NCBI RefSeq assembly: GCF_006345805.1
Contig: NC_043004.1
Span: forward strand, 75,454,001-75,518,000
Direction: 5' to 3'
DNA: 64,000 bases
From: Octopus sinensis
Taxonomy: Eukaryota
Below are positions 11,672-21,989 of the stretch, piece by piece. Each line of letters starts with the position of its first letter. Positions within the stretch are counted from its first letter, which is position 1. Position numbers and translations under genes: made by a program. The notes under the pieces are model-generated. The model was not told the origin of the DNA and did not search any database. It saw only the letters and a list, made by a program, of their open reading frames with translations.

Positions 11672-12026
11672 AAAGGCGGCGAGCTGGCAGAAACGTTAGC
11701 ACGTCGGGCGAAATGTTTAGTGATATTTCGTTTGCCGTTACGTTCTGAGTTCAAATTCCGCCGAGGACGTAAGTACCAGTTACGCACTGGCGTCGATATA
11801 ATCGACTTAATCCCTTTGTCTGTCCTTGTTTGTCCCCAAGGACAGACACACGGATTAAGTCGATTACATCGACCCCAGTGCGTAACTAGTACTTAATTTA
11901 TCGACCCCGAAAGGATGAGAGGCAAACTCGACCTCGGTGGAATTTGAACTCAGAACTTAGCGGCAGACGAAATACTGCTAAGTATTTCGCCCGGCGTGCT
12001 AACGTTTCTGCCAGCTCCCCGCCTTC
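11672..12026. mobile_element. Two SINE family A copies fused tail-to-tail
   Basis: Plus copy 11672-11837 abuts minus copy 11838-12026. Both tails are truncated at the junction. Confidence 0.78.
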
Positions 12027-12335
12027 CTAAGCCTATAGATATATATTAAAAATCAAAATCGATCAATATGCAATTAGCTGTGAAACCATATGAGCATGTC
12101 AGCAATTAATGTTTGTTTCTTTAGAAACGTCTTATATGCAATTTAAAAGCCACTCAAGAAGTGGCCAGTTGTTTACCATCTGTATCTTATATGTGTGTGC
12201 ATGGTAATCGATCTTACGTCTAACCAGTCTAACAAACAATGTATAATTCTGATTTTATAGATATTCTAAGTAAATCCTGCTTATCCGTTGTAATCTCAAC
12301 CGTGTCCACACATGCACAGTTCGACGGCATAATTA

Positions 12336-12570
12336 TAAGGCGGCGAGCTGGCAGAAACGTTAGCACGCCGGGCGAAATGCGTAGCGGTATTTCGTCAGAC
12401 GTTACGTTCTGAGTTCAAATTCCGCCGAGGTCGACCTCGTCTTTCATCCTTTCGGAGTTGATAAATTAAGTACCAGTTACGCACTGGGGTCCATGTAATC
12501 GACTTAATCCGTTTGTCTGTCCTTGTTTGTCTCCTCTATGTTTAGCCCCTTGTGGGTAGTAAAGAAATAT
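12336..12570 (+). mobile_element. SINE family A
   Basis: Complete, near-consensus copy. Confidence 0.82.
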
Positions 12571-13044
12571 TGCAGAATGTTCCCCCTCCCCAAAACCCGA
12601 TTTTGTTTCTTCATAACTTTCTGAAAAACTGATATTTCTTAATAGATTTTTCTGCAAATCCATTTCAGATATTACAGATTACGATGATATTGGAAATGTA
12701 ATGAGGGGCGGTGGATGGGGAGGGGTATTCACGAATCTTGACTTTGTTTCCTCATACGACTTGATGAAATACATTACAATTATCCTCAGTCTTTTATCTT
12801 TCGCTAGTTTTAGTCATTATATTGCGGCCATGCTGGGGCATAGGCTTGAAGAATTTCTTACTCAAATGAATCGACCCCAGTACTTCCTTGTTGTATCGGT
12901 TCCCTTTTTGCCGAGCCGGTAAATGATGGGAACGTAAACAAACCAACATCGGTTTCAAGCGGTGTGAAGGGAAAGCACACACACACAATTTTACATATAT
13001 GTATTTATATGCACCTAGATTTTAACAATAAAATCTTACAGTTC

Positions 13045-13316
13045 CATTTTTAAGAGATGAGGAATTATTTACATTATTTACATTTTAAGGATATTTGTCC
13101 TCATCTTATTTGTTGTTAACACAATGTTTCAGCTGATATACCCTCCAGCTTTCATCAGGGTCTTGGGGAAATTTCGAACCTGGGTTCTCATTCCTAAGGT
13201 ATTTTTCGATGTTGTTATTATTATTATTGTTGTTGTTGTTGTTGTTGTTCAGGTCACTGCTTGGAATCGAACTCGGAATCTTGGGCTTAGTAGCCCGCGC
13301 TATTAACCACTACGCC
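13045..13316 (-). mobile_element. tRNA-headed SINE with hammerhead-like tail (family X, copy 1)
   Basis: Head GGCGTAGTGGTTAA...GAGTTCGATTCC (A/B boxes), (AAC/AAT)n spacer, body, then CTGATGA-A-AGCTG-loop-CAGCT-GAAAC. Confidence 0.75.
13118..13163 (-). ncRNA. Minimal type I hammerhead ribozyme motif (imperfect stems I and III)
   Basis: GACC CTGATGA A AGCTG GAGGGTATAT CAGCT GAAAC ATT GTGTT. Intact core and perfect 5-bp stem II. Stem I and stem III are imperfect in this copy. Confidence 0.55.
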
Positions 13317-13326
13317 TCGGGCTTAT

Positions 13327-13423
13327 GGCATAATGGTTAATAGCGTGGGCTACTAACCCCAAGATTCCGAGTTCGATTCCAAGTAGTGACCTGAACAATA
13401 ATAATAATAATAATAATAATAAT
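13327..13423 (+). mobile_element. Family X copy 2, 5' half (tRNA head plus (AAT)n), interrupted by the Tx1 LINE
   Basis: 70-bp head differs from copy 1 at 5 positions. The body resumes at 18357. Confidence 0.85.
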
Positions 13424-13694
13424 CAATTCTTTTTTATTGGCCACAAGGGCTGACACGCATGATTACAGGACAAGACAGGACGAAAGGTTACAAAGGGTTT
13501 TGTCCGTTTGTTAAAAAATCCGTGTAAAAATACATTAACAATAATTATAATAAAACAATGAAAAACTCCCAAAAGGGGGAGACGTTTCGAAAGGTTCCTG
13601 GTGGAAAAAACCCTACAAAAGCCAACGGGAGCCTGGTCAAAAAAGGGGGTGTAGAGAGTCCCCTTTCTTCTCCTTTTACATTACCTTTTTGAAA

Positions 13695-16600
13695 TCACAG
13701 GCGAAACCTGAGAACTGGTCCATTTATACAGGCCAGTCTCGCACAATTCACCCACCTTTCATAAAACTTGCTATCGGACAGCACTTTCCTCTCTAACCTC
13801 ATCTTCCTTTTCAAGTGAAACTTGAAAAAGTTGATGAGGCCTTGACCAAAGAGGAAAGTGTCTGTCTTTAGCCCTTTCAAACGAGTCCACCACACGACCT
13901 CTTTCGCCACAGCCACTAGGCACAAGAAAACGGCCTCGCCCTCCTTGTTAAAGGAGGTCGGCGGGGCAATCTTCACTATGGATTCGGCCGATAGTCGGAT
14001 CCGTCCTACACGTGACAGTAGCTGTTCGACATAAACCCATATTTCAGCAATACTCGGGCACTGAACGAGTGCGTGCAGAACGGTTTCGTCGTCCTGGCAA
14101 CACCTCGGGCAGGCCCGGCTGACGGCACTTCCGTGCCGGTAGAGTTTATCTCGAACAGGCAGAGCCCCTCGGTAGCACTGCCAGGCGAGAGACCTCTGGA
14201 AATTATCCATCGGCCCCGGCCCGAAAGTCCTCCCGAACAGACCGCTCAGTTCGTCGTCTTCAACGCCTAGAGTTTCCCCGAGAACGTCGTCGCATTTTTC
14301 CTCCACTAACCCTCTATAGAACGCTAGAGTGGAGCTGTAACCGATCGCATTGCCCGCCTGACGGAGGGCGGAGAGGGCTTGACGGCACTCGAGGTGCCAA
14401 GCGCCCTTTCTCGGTCTACGTTTGATCCAGGTCTGCAGCTCCGTCAAAGAGACGAGCTGCGGAAAATCGCGTCTGACAAAAGACGACCACACCTGTTCAC
14501 CGTCTAGGAAGCGCTTGAGATGCCGCAGCCTGAGCGCATGTCTGCGCAACAGCAACCACGGCATTCCAATGCCTCCGTTCAGCGGTCGTTGACAGCAGAT
14601 GGATCGCCTGACCAGTGGCACCTGACCCTTCCACAAAAAGTCGAAGAGCAGGCGTACCAGCTTGGCCAACCAGCGGTCGGGACAAGGGACGACGGTCAAG
14701 CGGTAATAGATGACGGATGCGATGTACGCATTCGCCACCTCCGCCGACCTTTCAGGGACAGCTTCCTCTCGGCCCATTTCTGGTGAGACGTGCCACCCTG
14801 CTCGTCACCTCTTCCCAGTTCTTATCCACCTGGAGGTCCGGACCGAACCAGACCCCTAGCAGTTTAACGGGTCCGTCTGTCCAGCGCCCTACGACGCTGT
14901 TGGACGGCATGGGCTTGCCTCTCCAGGTGCCCAGTTGCAAGCCCACAGACTTTTCCGCGTTAATCTTTGCCCCTGTCACCGCTTCGTACTGGTTTGGCGT
15001 CTCGCCAATCAGGCCAATGTGCCTGTGGCTCGACACCACCACGGTGACGTCGTCGGCATAAGCAGACGCGCTGTTTCCGCCTCCTAGATCGCGCGGGATA
15101 CCCCTCAAAGCCTCCAACTTGCGCAGTAATGGCTCGAGAGTCAAAATGTACAAGAGGGAGGAGAGAGGGCATCCTTGGCGGACCGAACGCGAGATGTCGA
15201 ACGGTTCCGAAAGGTGACCGTTCACCCGTATCACCGAGCAGATGTTGCTGTATAAAGCAGCGATCCACCCGCGGAAGACTGGACCGAAGCCGGCTGCCCT
15301 GAGGACAGCTGCCAGGTACCGATGGTCGACCCTATCGAAGGCTTTACTCTGATCCAAGTTGATCAAAGCCCCACCCGCGCCAGCGTCGTTACCCACCCTC
15401 TCTATGATGTAGCGCATGAGATGGAGGTTGTCGTGTATCGACCTGGTCGGCACGGCGCATGTCTGCGTCTTGCCGACCAGCTTGTCCACGACAAGCGCCA
15501 ATCTCTTGGCTAGCACCTTGGCCAAAATCTTCAACTCTGCATTGAGCAGAGTGATGGGCCGGAAATTCCCTATAACGTCCCCCTTGTTTGGGTCCTTCTT
15601 TAGCAAAGCCACCACCCCTCGACAGACAAAAGCAGGAATTCTCCCGTTTTGCTGCCAGTTGCAGTAGACGTTTGCCAACAGTTCCGCAAACAAGTCTGGC
15701 ATTGAAAAGTAAAGCTCGTAGGGCAGACCATCCAAACCCGGCGATCTACCTCTCGTGCAACTCTTCATCGCTTCCTGTACTTCCCAGGCAGATATCGGTC
15801 CTTCGCAGCACTCTGCCTCGCTGTCCGAGAGTTGCGGTAGGCCGTCCAGGTACACACCGAAGTCTGCACCGTTGTCCGTTCCACCGCTCGTCCCAAACAG
15901 TTGAGCAAAGTGCCGCTGAAGCACCATACACATCTACTTCGGTTGGGTAACCTCGCACCCGTTCTGGTCCACCAAAGACCGAATGGTTGCTCTGTTGCCT
16001 CGCTTCGCCTCCGCCACGCGGGCCCATCGAGCGGCTCTAGTCCCCTCCCCGCTTAGCGAACGTGCCTTAGCTCTGACAACGCAACCTTCGTGTTTGGCGT
16101 CGAAGTGTTGGTCGAGGGCCAACCTTGCCGCCAACACGTCGGTCGCGATGCCAGTGTCAAGAGTCTCGTCTAGTTTCTTAACTAAATCCCGCTCTCTCTT
16201 CCTACGTTCAATAGCTAGAGTCTTACTATACCTAATCGACTCTACTCTAATTGCTCTCTTGAGGGCAAACCACCAGTTGTTGTTGATGATTGCCCCCGTG
16301 AGCGCCCGCTTAACTAGTAAACTAATCCGGTCTCTGTAAGCTTTGCACGCCGTTAACGACGCGTTCAGCTTCCAGTAGCCGGGTCCCTGTCTATGTAGCC
16401 TATCTAAGTCGACCGTACAGATCACTAATTTGTGGTCCGTATATTCGACTAGGTGGAATTGTGGACACCCTACGCTGTCCTTATCCGCTGGCCTACAAAA
16501 CACTCTATCTAAGTACGATCTAGACGACCCGATGCGGTTTGTCCAAGTCCACATTGGCACATTCGGGTTGTCTAGTCGAAACCTGTCGGACAGCTGAAAG

Positions 16601-17124
16601 CGGCCGAGTAGGTTGGCGAGGCTCTTGCACCCTCCCCCTCTCCTATCAGACGCTCCCCTGCCCACCCGATCGAAACGTTCGTCTAAGACAGCGTTCCAAT
16701 CCCCAACTAGCACTAGAGTGTGTGATGTTCCCAGGAAAACTTCCAGACGTTTGAAATAATCCGACTGCCCTGCTCCTGTCGGAGCGTAGGCAGCCAGCAG
16801 TCTGAAAGCACCGCCGTCACTACCGTCCACGTCGAGGACCACCAACTTACCTTCCGGATCCAAGAAGACTGTCCTTATTTTCAGGTCCAGGCCCTTCCGA
16901 AACAACACCGCAGTACCACCACCGCCCGCTCCCGGCCGACACGGAGATAGAAATATCTCGTATCCGCCGAAAAGGGCTGCGAGTTCCTGCGGGTCGGAGA
17001 GCCTGGTTTCACTGATGGCTGCTACATCCACATCATGAAACCTCAGGTCGTTTAACAGGTGACCCTGTTTCCAAGGTGACCCGAGGCCTCTCACATTCAA
17101 GCAACCGATTCTAAGATTTGCCAT
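13695..17124 (-). pseudogene. Tx1 LINE ORF2 (APE endonuclease, reverse transcriptase, zinc motif) with one in-frame TAG and two apparent 1-bp deletions
   Basis: LNVRGL, GGTAVLF, AYAP, GDWN, SYLDR, TDH (APE); SPGLDGLP, FRPITLLN, DQSKAFDRVDH, RQGCPLS, YADD (RT); CPRC...ETVLHALVQCP. TAG at 15936-15934 is in frame with the next ATG. Frameshifts near 14790 and 14745 restore KWAERKLSLKGRAEVANAY. Confidence 0.9.
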
Positions 17125-17162
17125 GTTTCAAAAGTTAGGGAAAAAAAAGGAGAAAAAAGGCT

Positions 17163-18356
17163 CTACTTACTGTTGTTGGTGGTGGGGGTGGCTCCCTTGT
17201 GCTTTTGCACGGGTGCTTCAACAATATTTTTATAAAGTTTCTGAGAGAATCTTTTCCCTAACGATCCCACATCGTTAGGGAATATTTGTTTAATTTCGTT
17301 GTATACTGTTTTGTTTATTTTTATTGTGAGAATGTGTGCTGGTGGTGTGTTGTGTGTAGGTATTATGAAATCTGTAATGTTTGTGCTTGTTTTGTCTTTC
17401 AAATACTCAACCAGTTCCTGGTTTCTTGTATTCACTGCTATAATCGTGTCTGTAATTGTGTCTGTGTTTGTTTGTGTCTGTGGCAGTGGCAGTAGTGGTG
17501 TCGAAAGTGTTGTTGTTGTTGTTTGTTGTTGTGAATGTGTGTTGTTGTTGATGTTGTTGTTGATGTTGGGAAGTACTATTTGTTCGTGCTTCCCCTGTAA
17601 ATCTTTTTGTTTTTTCCTCCTTTTCTTCTTTGGAGGCACTATGTTCCATTCTCCTTTGTTGGAATCAGAGCTCGCACAATCCGAGATCTCTTCATCCGGC
17701 AAAGGAATGGTTGAGGGGTCTGCTTCAGTAGCAGGACGAAAGGTTTTTGGTTCTGCCGGTATCGGTGGTGCCGCTGCTCCTGTTGCTGTTGATGTTGCTG
17801 CAGTTGATCTTCGAGGTACTGGTGTCGGTGTTGGTTTGGTGGTGGTTGTTGTTGTTGGGGGTGGTGTTGTTCGTCTTGGTGCTGGTGTTGGTGATGGTGT
17901 TGGTGGTGTGGCAGCCTTTGGTGTTTCTTGCTGTTTTTGTTGTTTCTGTTGTTGTTGCTTGTGTTGTTGTTGTTGTTGTTGTTGTTGCTGCTGCCTCTTG
18001 CTGAAAGCCTCCATCCTCTTTTTGTGAATGGGACAGTCCCTCTTTAAGTGGCTTTCGCTGCTGCAGAGGAAACATTTTGGCTTTCGCCCCTCCATAGCAA
18101 CGTTTAGCCTGGTGCCGTCCGGCAAACTTACGAAATCAGGGACTTTACTGATATTCTCTTGCTGAATTTGCGCAAGAAGCAGCACTCCCATCCCCAACCA
18201 GTTTTTCGCCCTCACTCTCCTGACATCTAGAATGGTGGTAGTGTCCTCTATATCATAGAGGACAGCTGCCACCAGCCATGACATATCTAGCTCGGGGGGG
18301 GGGGCGAGGTCGATTTTTATTTTTGTTACTCTTCGCCCGAGGTGGGTCGGAACTAG
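17163..18356 (-). CDS. Tx1 LINE ORF1 (partial): zinc knuckle plus long low-complexity tail
   Basis: KCFLCSSESHLKRDCP (CX2CX4HX4C), polyQ, PT-rich tract, KKKRRKKQK. The frame is open up to the 5' junction and the first ATG is at 18284. Confidence 0.85.
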   Translation of the reverse strand, partial: LVPTHLGRRVTKIKIDLAPPPELDMSWLVAAVLYDIEDTTTILDVRRVRAKNWLGMGVLLLAQIQQENISKVPDFVSLPDGTRLNVAMEGRKPKCFLCSSESHLKRDCPIHKKRMEAFSKRQQQQQQQQQQHKQQQQKQQKQQETPKAATPPTPSPTPAPRRTTPPPTTTTTTKPTPTPVPRRSTAATSTATGAAAPPIPAEPKTFRPATEADPSTIPLPDEEISDCASSDSNKGEWNIVPPKKKRRKKQKDLQGKHEQIVLPNINNNINNNTHSQQQTTTTTLSTPLLPLPQTQTNTDTITDTIIAVNTRNQELVEYLKDKTSTNITDFIIPTHNTPPAHILTIKINKTVYNEIKQIFPNDVGSLGKRFSQKLYKNIVEAPVQKHKGATPTTNNSK

Positions 18357-18436
18357 TAATAATAATAATAACATCGAAAAATACTTTAGGAATGAGAACC
18401 CAAGTTCGAAATTTCCCCAAGACGCTGATGAAGGCT
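18357..18436 (+). mobile_element. Family X copy 2, 3' half, truncated inside the hammerhead core
   Basis: (AAT)5 ACATCGAAAAATACTTTAGGAATGAGAACCC...CCCCAAGACG CTGATGA AGGCT matches the body of copy 1. Confidence 0.85.
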
Positions 18437-18489
18437 CTTAGAAATGCACCATATTTGATGGTATATAAGACAGTTCTTTTTTTAATGCT

Positions 18490-19110
18490 TTCAAATTTTG
18501 GCACAAGGCCAGCAATTTCAGGGTAGGGGCTTAGTCGATTTGTTCGCCCCCCAGTGTTCAACTGGTACTTTTTATTATCGACTCTAAAAAGATGAAAGGT
18601 AAAGTCGACCTCGGAGGCATTTGAACTCAGAACGTAAAAACGGACGAAATGCCATTAAGCATTTTGCCCGGTGTGCTAACGATTCTGCCAGCTCACCACC
18701 TTATTTGTTTCAAATTTTGACACACGGATAGTTATTTGTGGGGAGGCGTAAGTCGATTACATCGGTACTGGTGCTCAACTGGTATTTATTTTTATTTTAT
18801 CGATTTCGAAAGGATGAAAGGCAAAGTCGACCTCGGTGGAATTTGAACTCAGAACGTAGCGGCAGACGAAATACTGTCAAGCATTTCACCCACCATTCTA
18901 CCGATTCTGCTAGCTGACTGCTTTGGAAGATGCTTTAAATATTCTTTTCTACTCTAGGCACAAGGCCTGAAATTTTGGGGGAGGGGGCCAGTCGATTAGA
19001 TCAACCCCAGTTGATCTAATCCCGAAAGGATGAAAGGCAAAGTCAACCTCGGCGGAATTTGAACTCAGAACGCTAAGCATTTCGCCCAGAATTCTACCGA
19101 TTTTGCCAGC
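18490..19110 (-). mobile_element. Cluster of SINE family A copies
   Basis: At least three B-box/CORE modules. Confidence 0.75.
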
Positions 19111-19883
19111 TGGCCTCTTCAGAAGATGCTTTAAATATCACCTGTTTTAATGCGCTAAAAACTTTGTAATACACGCTGATGACATTGGGTCACGTGTAAT
19201 ATGCTCGTGCATCGCTTACTCCCTATCCACTTCAAACCACTCCTCAGAACTTTCCAGGAAGCCCACACCTCGGACATTTCCAAGTATTCCCTCGCCTTTA
19301 AATCCTGGTGTCTACTGTAATCTGTTTTGCAGGAATGATTATTGATGGTAGGCTAACACCAGCAGTTAAATTCCTTAATAGTAAATGAGAACTTTTTCTC
19401 CTTTAATTCCAGTCTCTTATGTTTGAACCTAACGTTCCTCATTTGAATTTCAAGGACGATCGCCTGATGGCGTCAGTTATGCAAATTTCAAACTGATATT
19501 TCTGTTTTCACTTTTACACTGCGATAAAGCAATGGTTATCTCTTGATTGATTCCAGATTGATTTTCATGGTTTCTTAAAATGTATTTCGATTTATATATA
19601 ACGCCTATACTAACCAGATTGGACACGATTTGTTTTCGCCACAGCTTTCCATTTCGTTCATGAACAAGCCCATATTCTCCATTACCTTAAAAGCAATTGT
19701 TATTGAACTTTTTATTTATCGTTAAACACATCAAAGAGTTATTGATTAAGTAGATCAAAAGGCACCATGGATGTACAGTAATCCCTCGCTATATCGCGGT
19801 TAACCTATCGCGGCTTATTATTTAAGCTTACGTCGATTTCTCCGTGGTGTTGTTTTGCATTTATAATAAAATAAATATATGCA

Positions 19884-19886
<3 letters not shown>

Positions 19887-19939
<53 letters not shown>

Positions 19940-19965
19940 TAATAATAATGATAATGATAATAATA
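19887..19965. repeat. (AAT)n microsatellite
   Basis: Direct reading. Confidence 0.97.
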
Positions 19966-20602
19966 TACCAAAGCTTTGCTTGACAATATGTGCATCTCTG
20001 ATCATGAGCAGAAGTAGTGGGGGAGCATCATAGCCGTGTGTTGAGAGGGATTCTTTGGGGTTGAGATAATTCACCACTGGAAACATGGGTGTTTCGTTCA
20101 ACATCCTTAAACAATCCTTATTCAGGGACCGTTTGAGCGGGATGGGCTACTCGACTAAAAGAAAATTCTAACTGGGCCTCACCTGCAAGGTCATGTGCTG
20201 CTTATCTTGATATGAGATCACCATGTCGCGCACATATGGTTGTGATGCATGTGCCTAGTGTACCTTTATCAGACGGCTAGTCATGATGGGTATACTGGGC
20301 TTCGTATATTTTACCCCGGTGTCATTTTGATGGCATGCACTCAAAATTCAGGTTAACGAACTTTATATGTTGACACATCTATACTTCATTACATATAAAT
20401 AATACCATGGCTTTCAAAGGTAAAAAGAAAAACGGATAAAAATCATATATAAAAAAATAGAAAATACAAAGGACTTGCCCTGAAAACGTATATAAAAATC
20501 GGTTAAAAATTATATCAAAAAGATTACAGTAAGTTCATTGACTAAAAATTTAAAAAGAAAAGTATATAAAATAAAATTATATCCAACCATTAAAACTATA
20601 TA

Positions 20603-21898
20603 TTGGGTTGGCAACCAAGTTACCGCTGTCTTTTTTTTTAATTTTGGAATTTATTGCGTTTTTAAATTTTGCAATCTTTTTTAATTTTTTTGAGACTTCT
20701 GTTTTTGAATCATTTTTGAATCTATTTTGTTTTGTTTTTTTTTTTCTAGTTAATTTTAGTTAATTTTTGTTTATTTTCAGATCATTGAAATGGAATGTCA
20801 AGTTAAGAAAAACGAGCATTTTCGATACCTTCTTTTTGATTTTAATCAAGGTTCTAAGGCCGCAAAAGCTGCACGGGACATTTGTGCTGTGTATGGAGAG
20901 GGTGCCATAGCTGAAATAACCGCTCGTGATTGGTATGCCAAGTTCAAAATTGAAAATTTTGACCTCAGAGACGCACCTCGTTCTGTCCGTCCTGTTGAGT
21001 TCGATGAAGAGCAATTAAACCAACTTTTGCACGAAAATCCTCATCTAACGACAAGGGAACTGACATAGAAAATGGAATGCTCCCACACTGCTATAGAGAA
21101 GCATCTTCACTCGATGGGAAAGGTTCAGAAGTATGGAGCATGGGATCCGCATGCTTTAAGTGACAACAACAAAAATCAACGAGCCACAATCTCCGCTGCT
21201 TTGCTTGCTCGGCACCGCTCAACTCATGGACACAAGCAACGATTTCTTTACCGAATCGTTACTGGCAACAAAAAGTGGTGCCTATACATCAATATGAAGG
21301 AGCTTAAGGAATGGCTTAGCCCCGGTAAACAAGCGACACCGCGCGTGAAACAAGATCTCCATCCGCGTAAAACGATGTGCGTATGGTGGGACTGGAAAGG
21401 GATTATCCATTACGAATTGCTTGAACGGAACCAACGCGGAACTCTATGTTCAACAGATGGAACGACTCTACACGGCTATTCAAAGGAAAAGACCTAATCG
21501 GCAGCATAGAGTTCTTCTGCTGCACGACAACACCCGCCCTCATATCGCCAATATGACCAAGGATGCCATTTAAACGCATGGCTGGGAAGTGTTATCACAC
21601 CTGCCGTACTCTCCTGATTTGGCACCAACGGATTTCGACCTCTTTCGGTCTCTTCCAAATGCTATGCACGGAGTTTGGTTCAATACTGACGCAGAATTGA
21701 GAGCTTGGTTGGATCAATTTTTCGAGTCAAAATCGGGTGATTTCTAACAACGAGGTATTGAAAATCTTGTTGAACGTTGGAAAGAAGTAGTAAACAAGAA
21801 GGGTGAATACATTATCGATTAATTAGTTGTTACCTTTTATTAAAGCTTTTAAAAAATTTAAATTTTAAAAAACAGCGTGAACTTAGTTGCCAACCGAA
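20603..21898 (+). mobile_element. Full-length decayed mariner transposon (mariner 2)
   Basis: TIRs TTGGGTTGGCAACCAAGTTACCGCTGT / ACAGCGTGAACTTAGTTGCCAACCGAA with TA on both sides. Transposase MECQVKKNEHFR..., WDPHAL, IVTGNKKW, VWWDWKG, LLHDN, YSPDLAP, broken by stops and frameshifts. Confidence 0.93.
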
Positions 21899-21989
21899 TA
21901 TAAAATGTAAAAGTCAATACAGTCTTAGATCATGATAATTGCAGGAGCCTGATATGAATCCAGTTGGGTAACTAATGTTTGTTTTTAAA

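Larger units (their letters stand above)
13424..18356 (-). mobile_element. Tx1-clade (L1 superfamily) non-LTR retrotransposon, 5'-truncated within ORF1
   Basis: ORF1 with CCHC knuckle, ORF2 with APE, RT and C-terminal zinc motif, 3' UTR ending AATAAAAAAGAATTG. Flanked on both sides by (AAT)n. Confidence 0.93.

Noticed and set aside
13247-13396. Functional tRNA genes (also the heads of SINE families A, B and D)
   Set aside because: A/B boxes and partial arms are present, but there is no complete acceptor stem and each continues into a SINE body.
17299-18027. 242-aa plus-strand ORF rich in V/C/G
   Set aside because: Antisense shadow of the low-complexity part of LINE ORF1.
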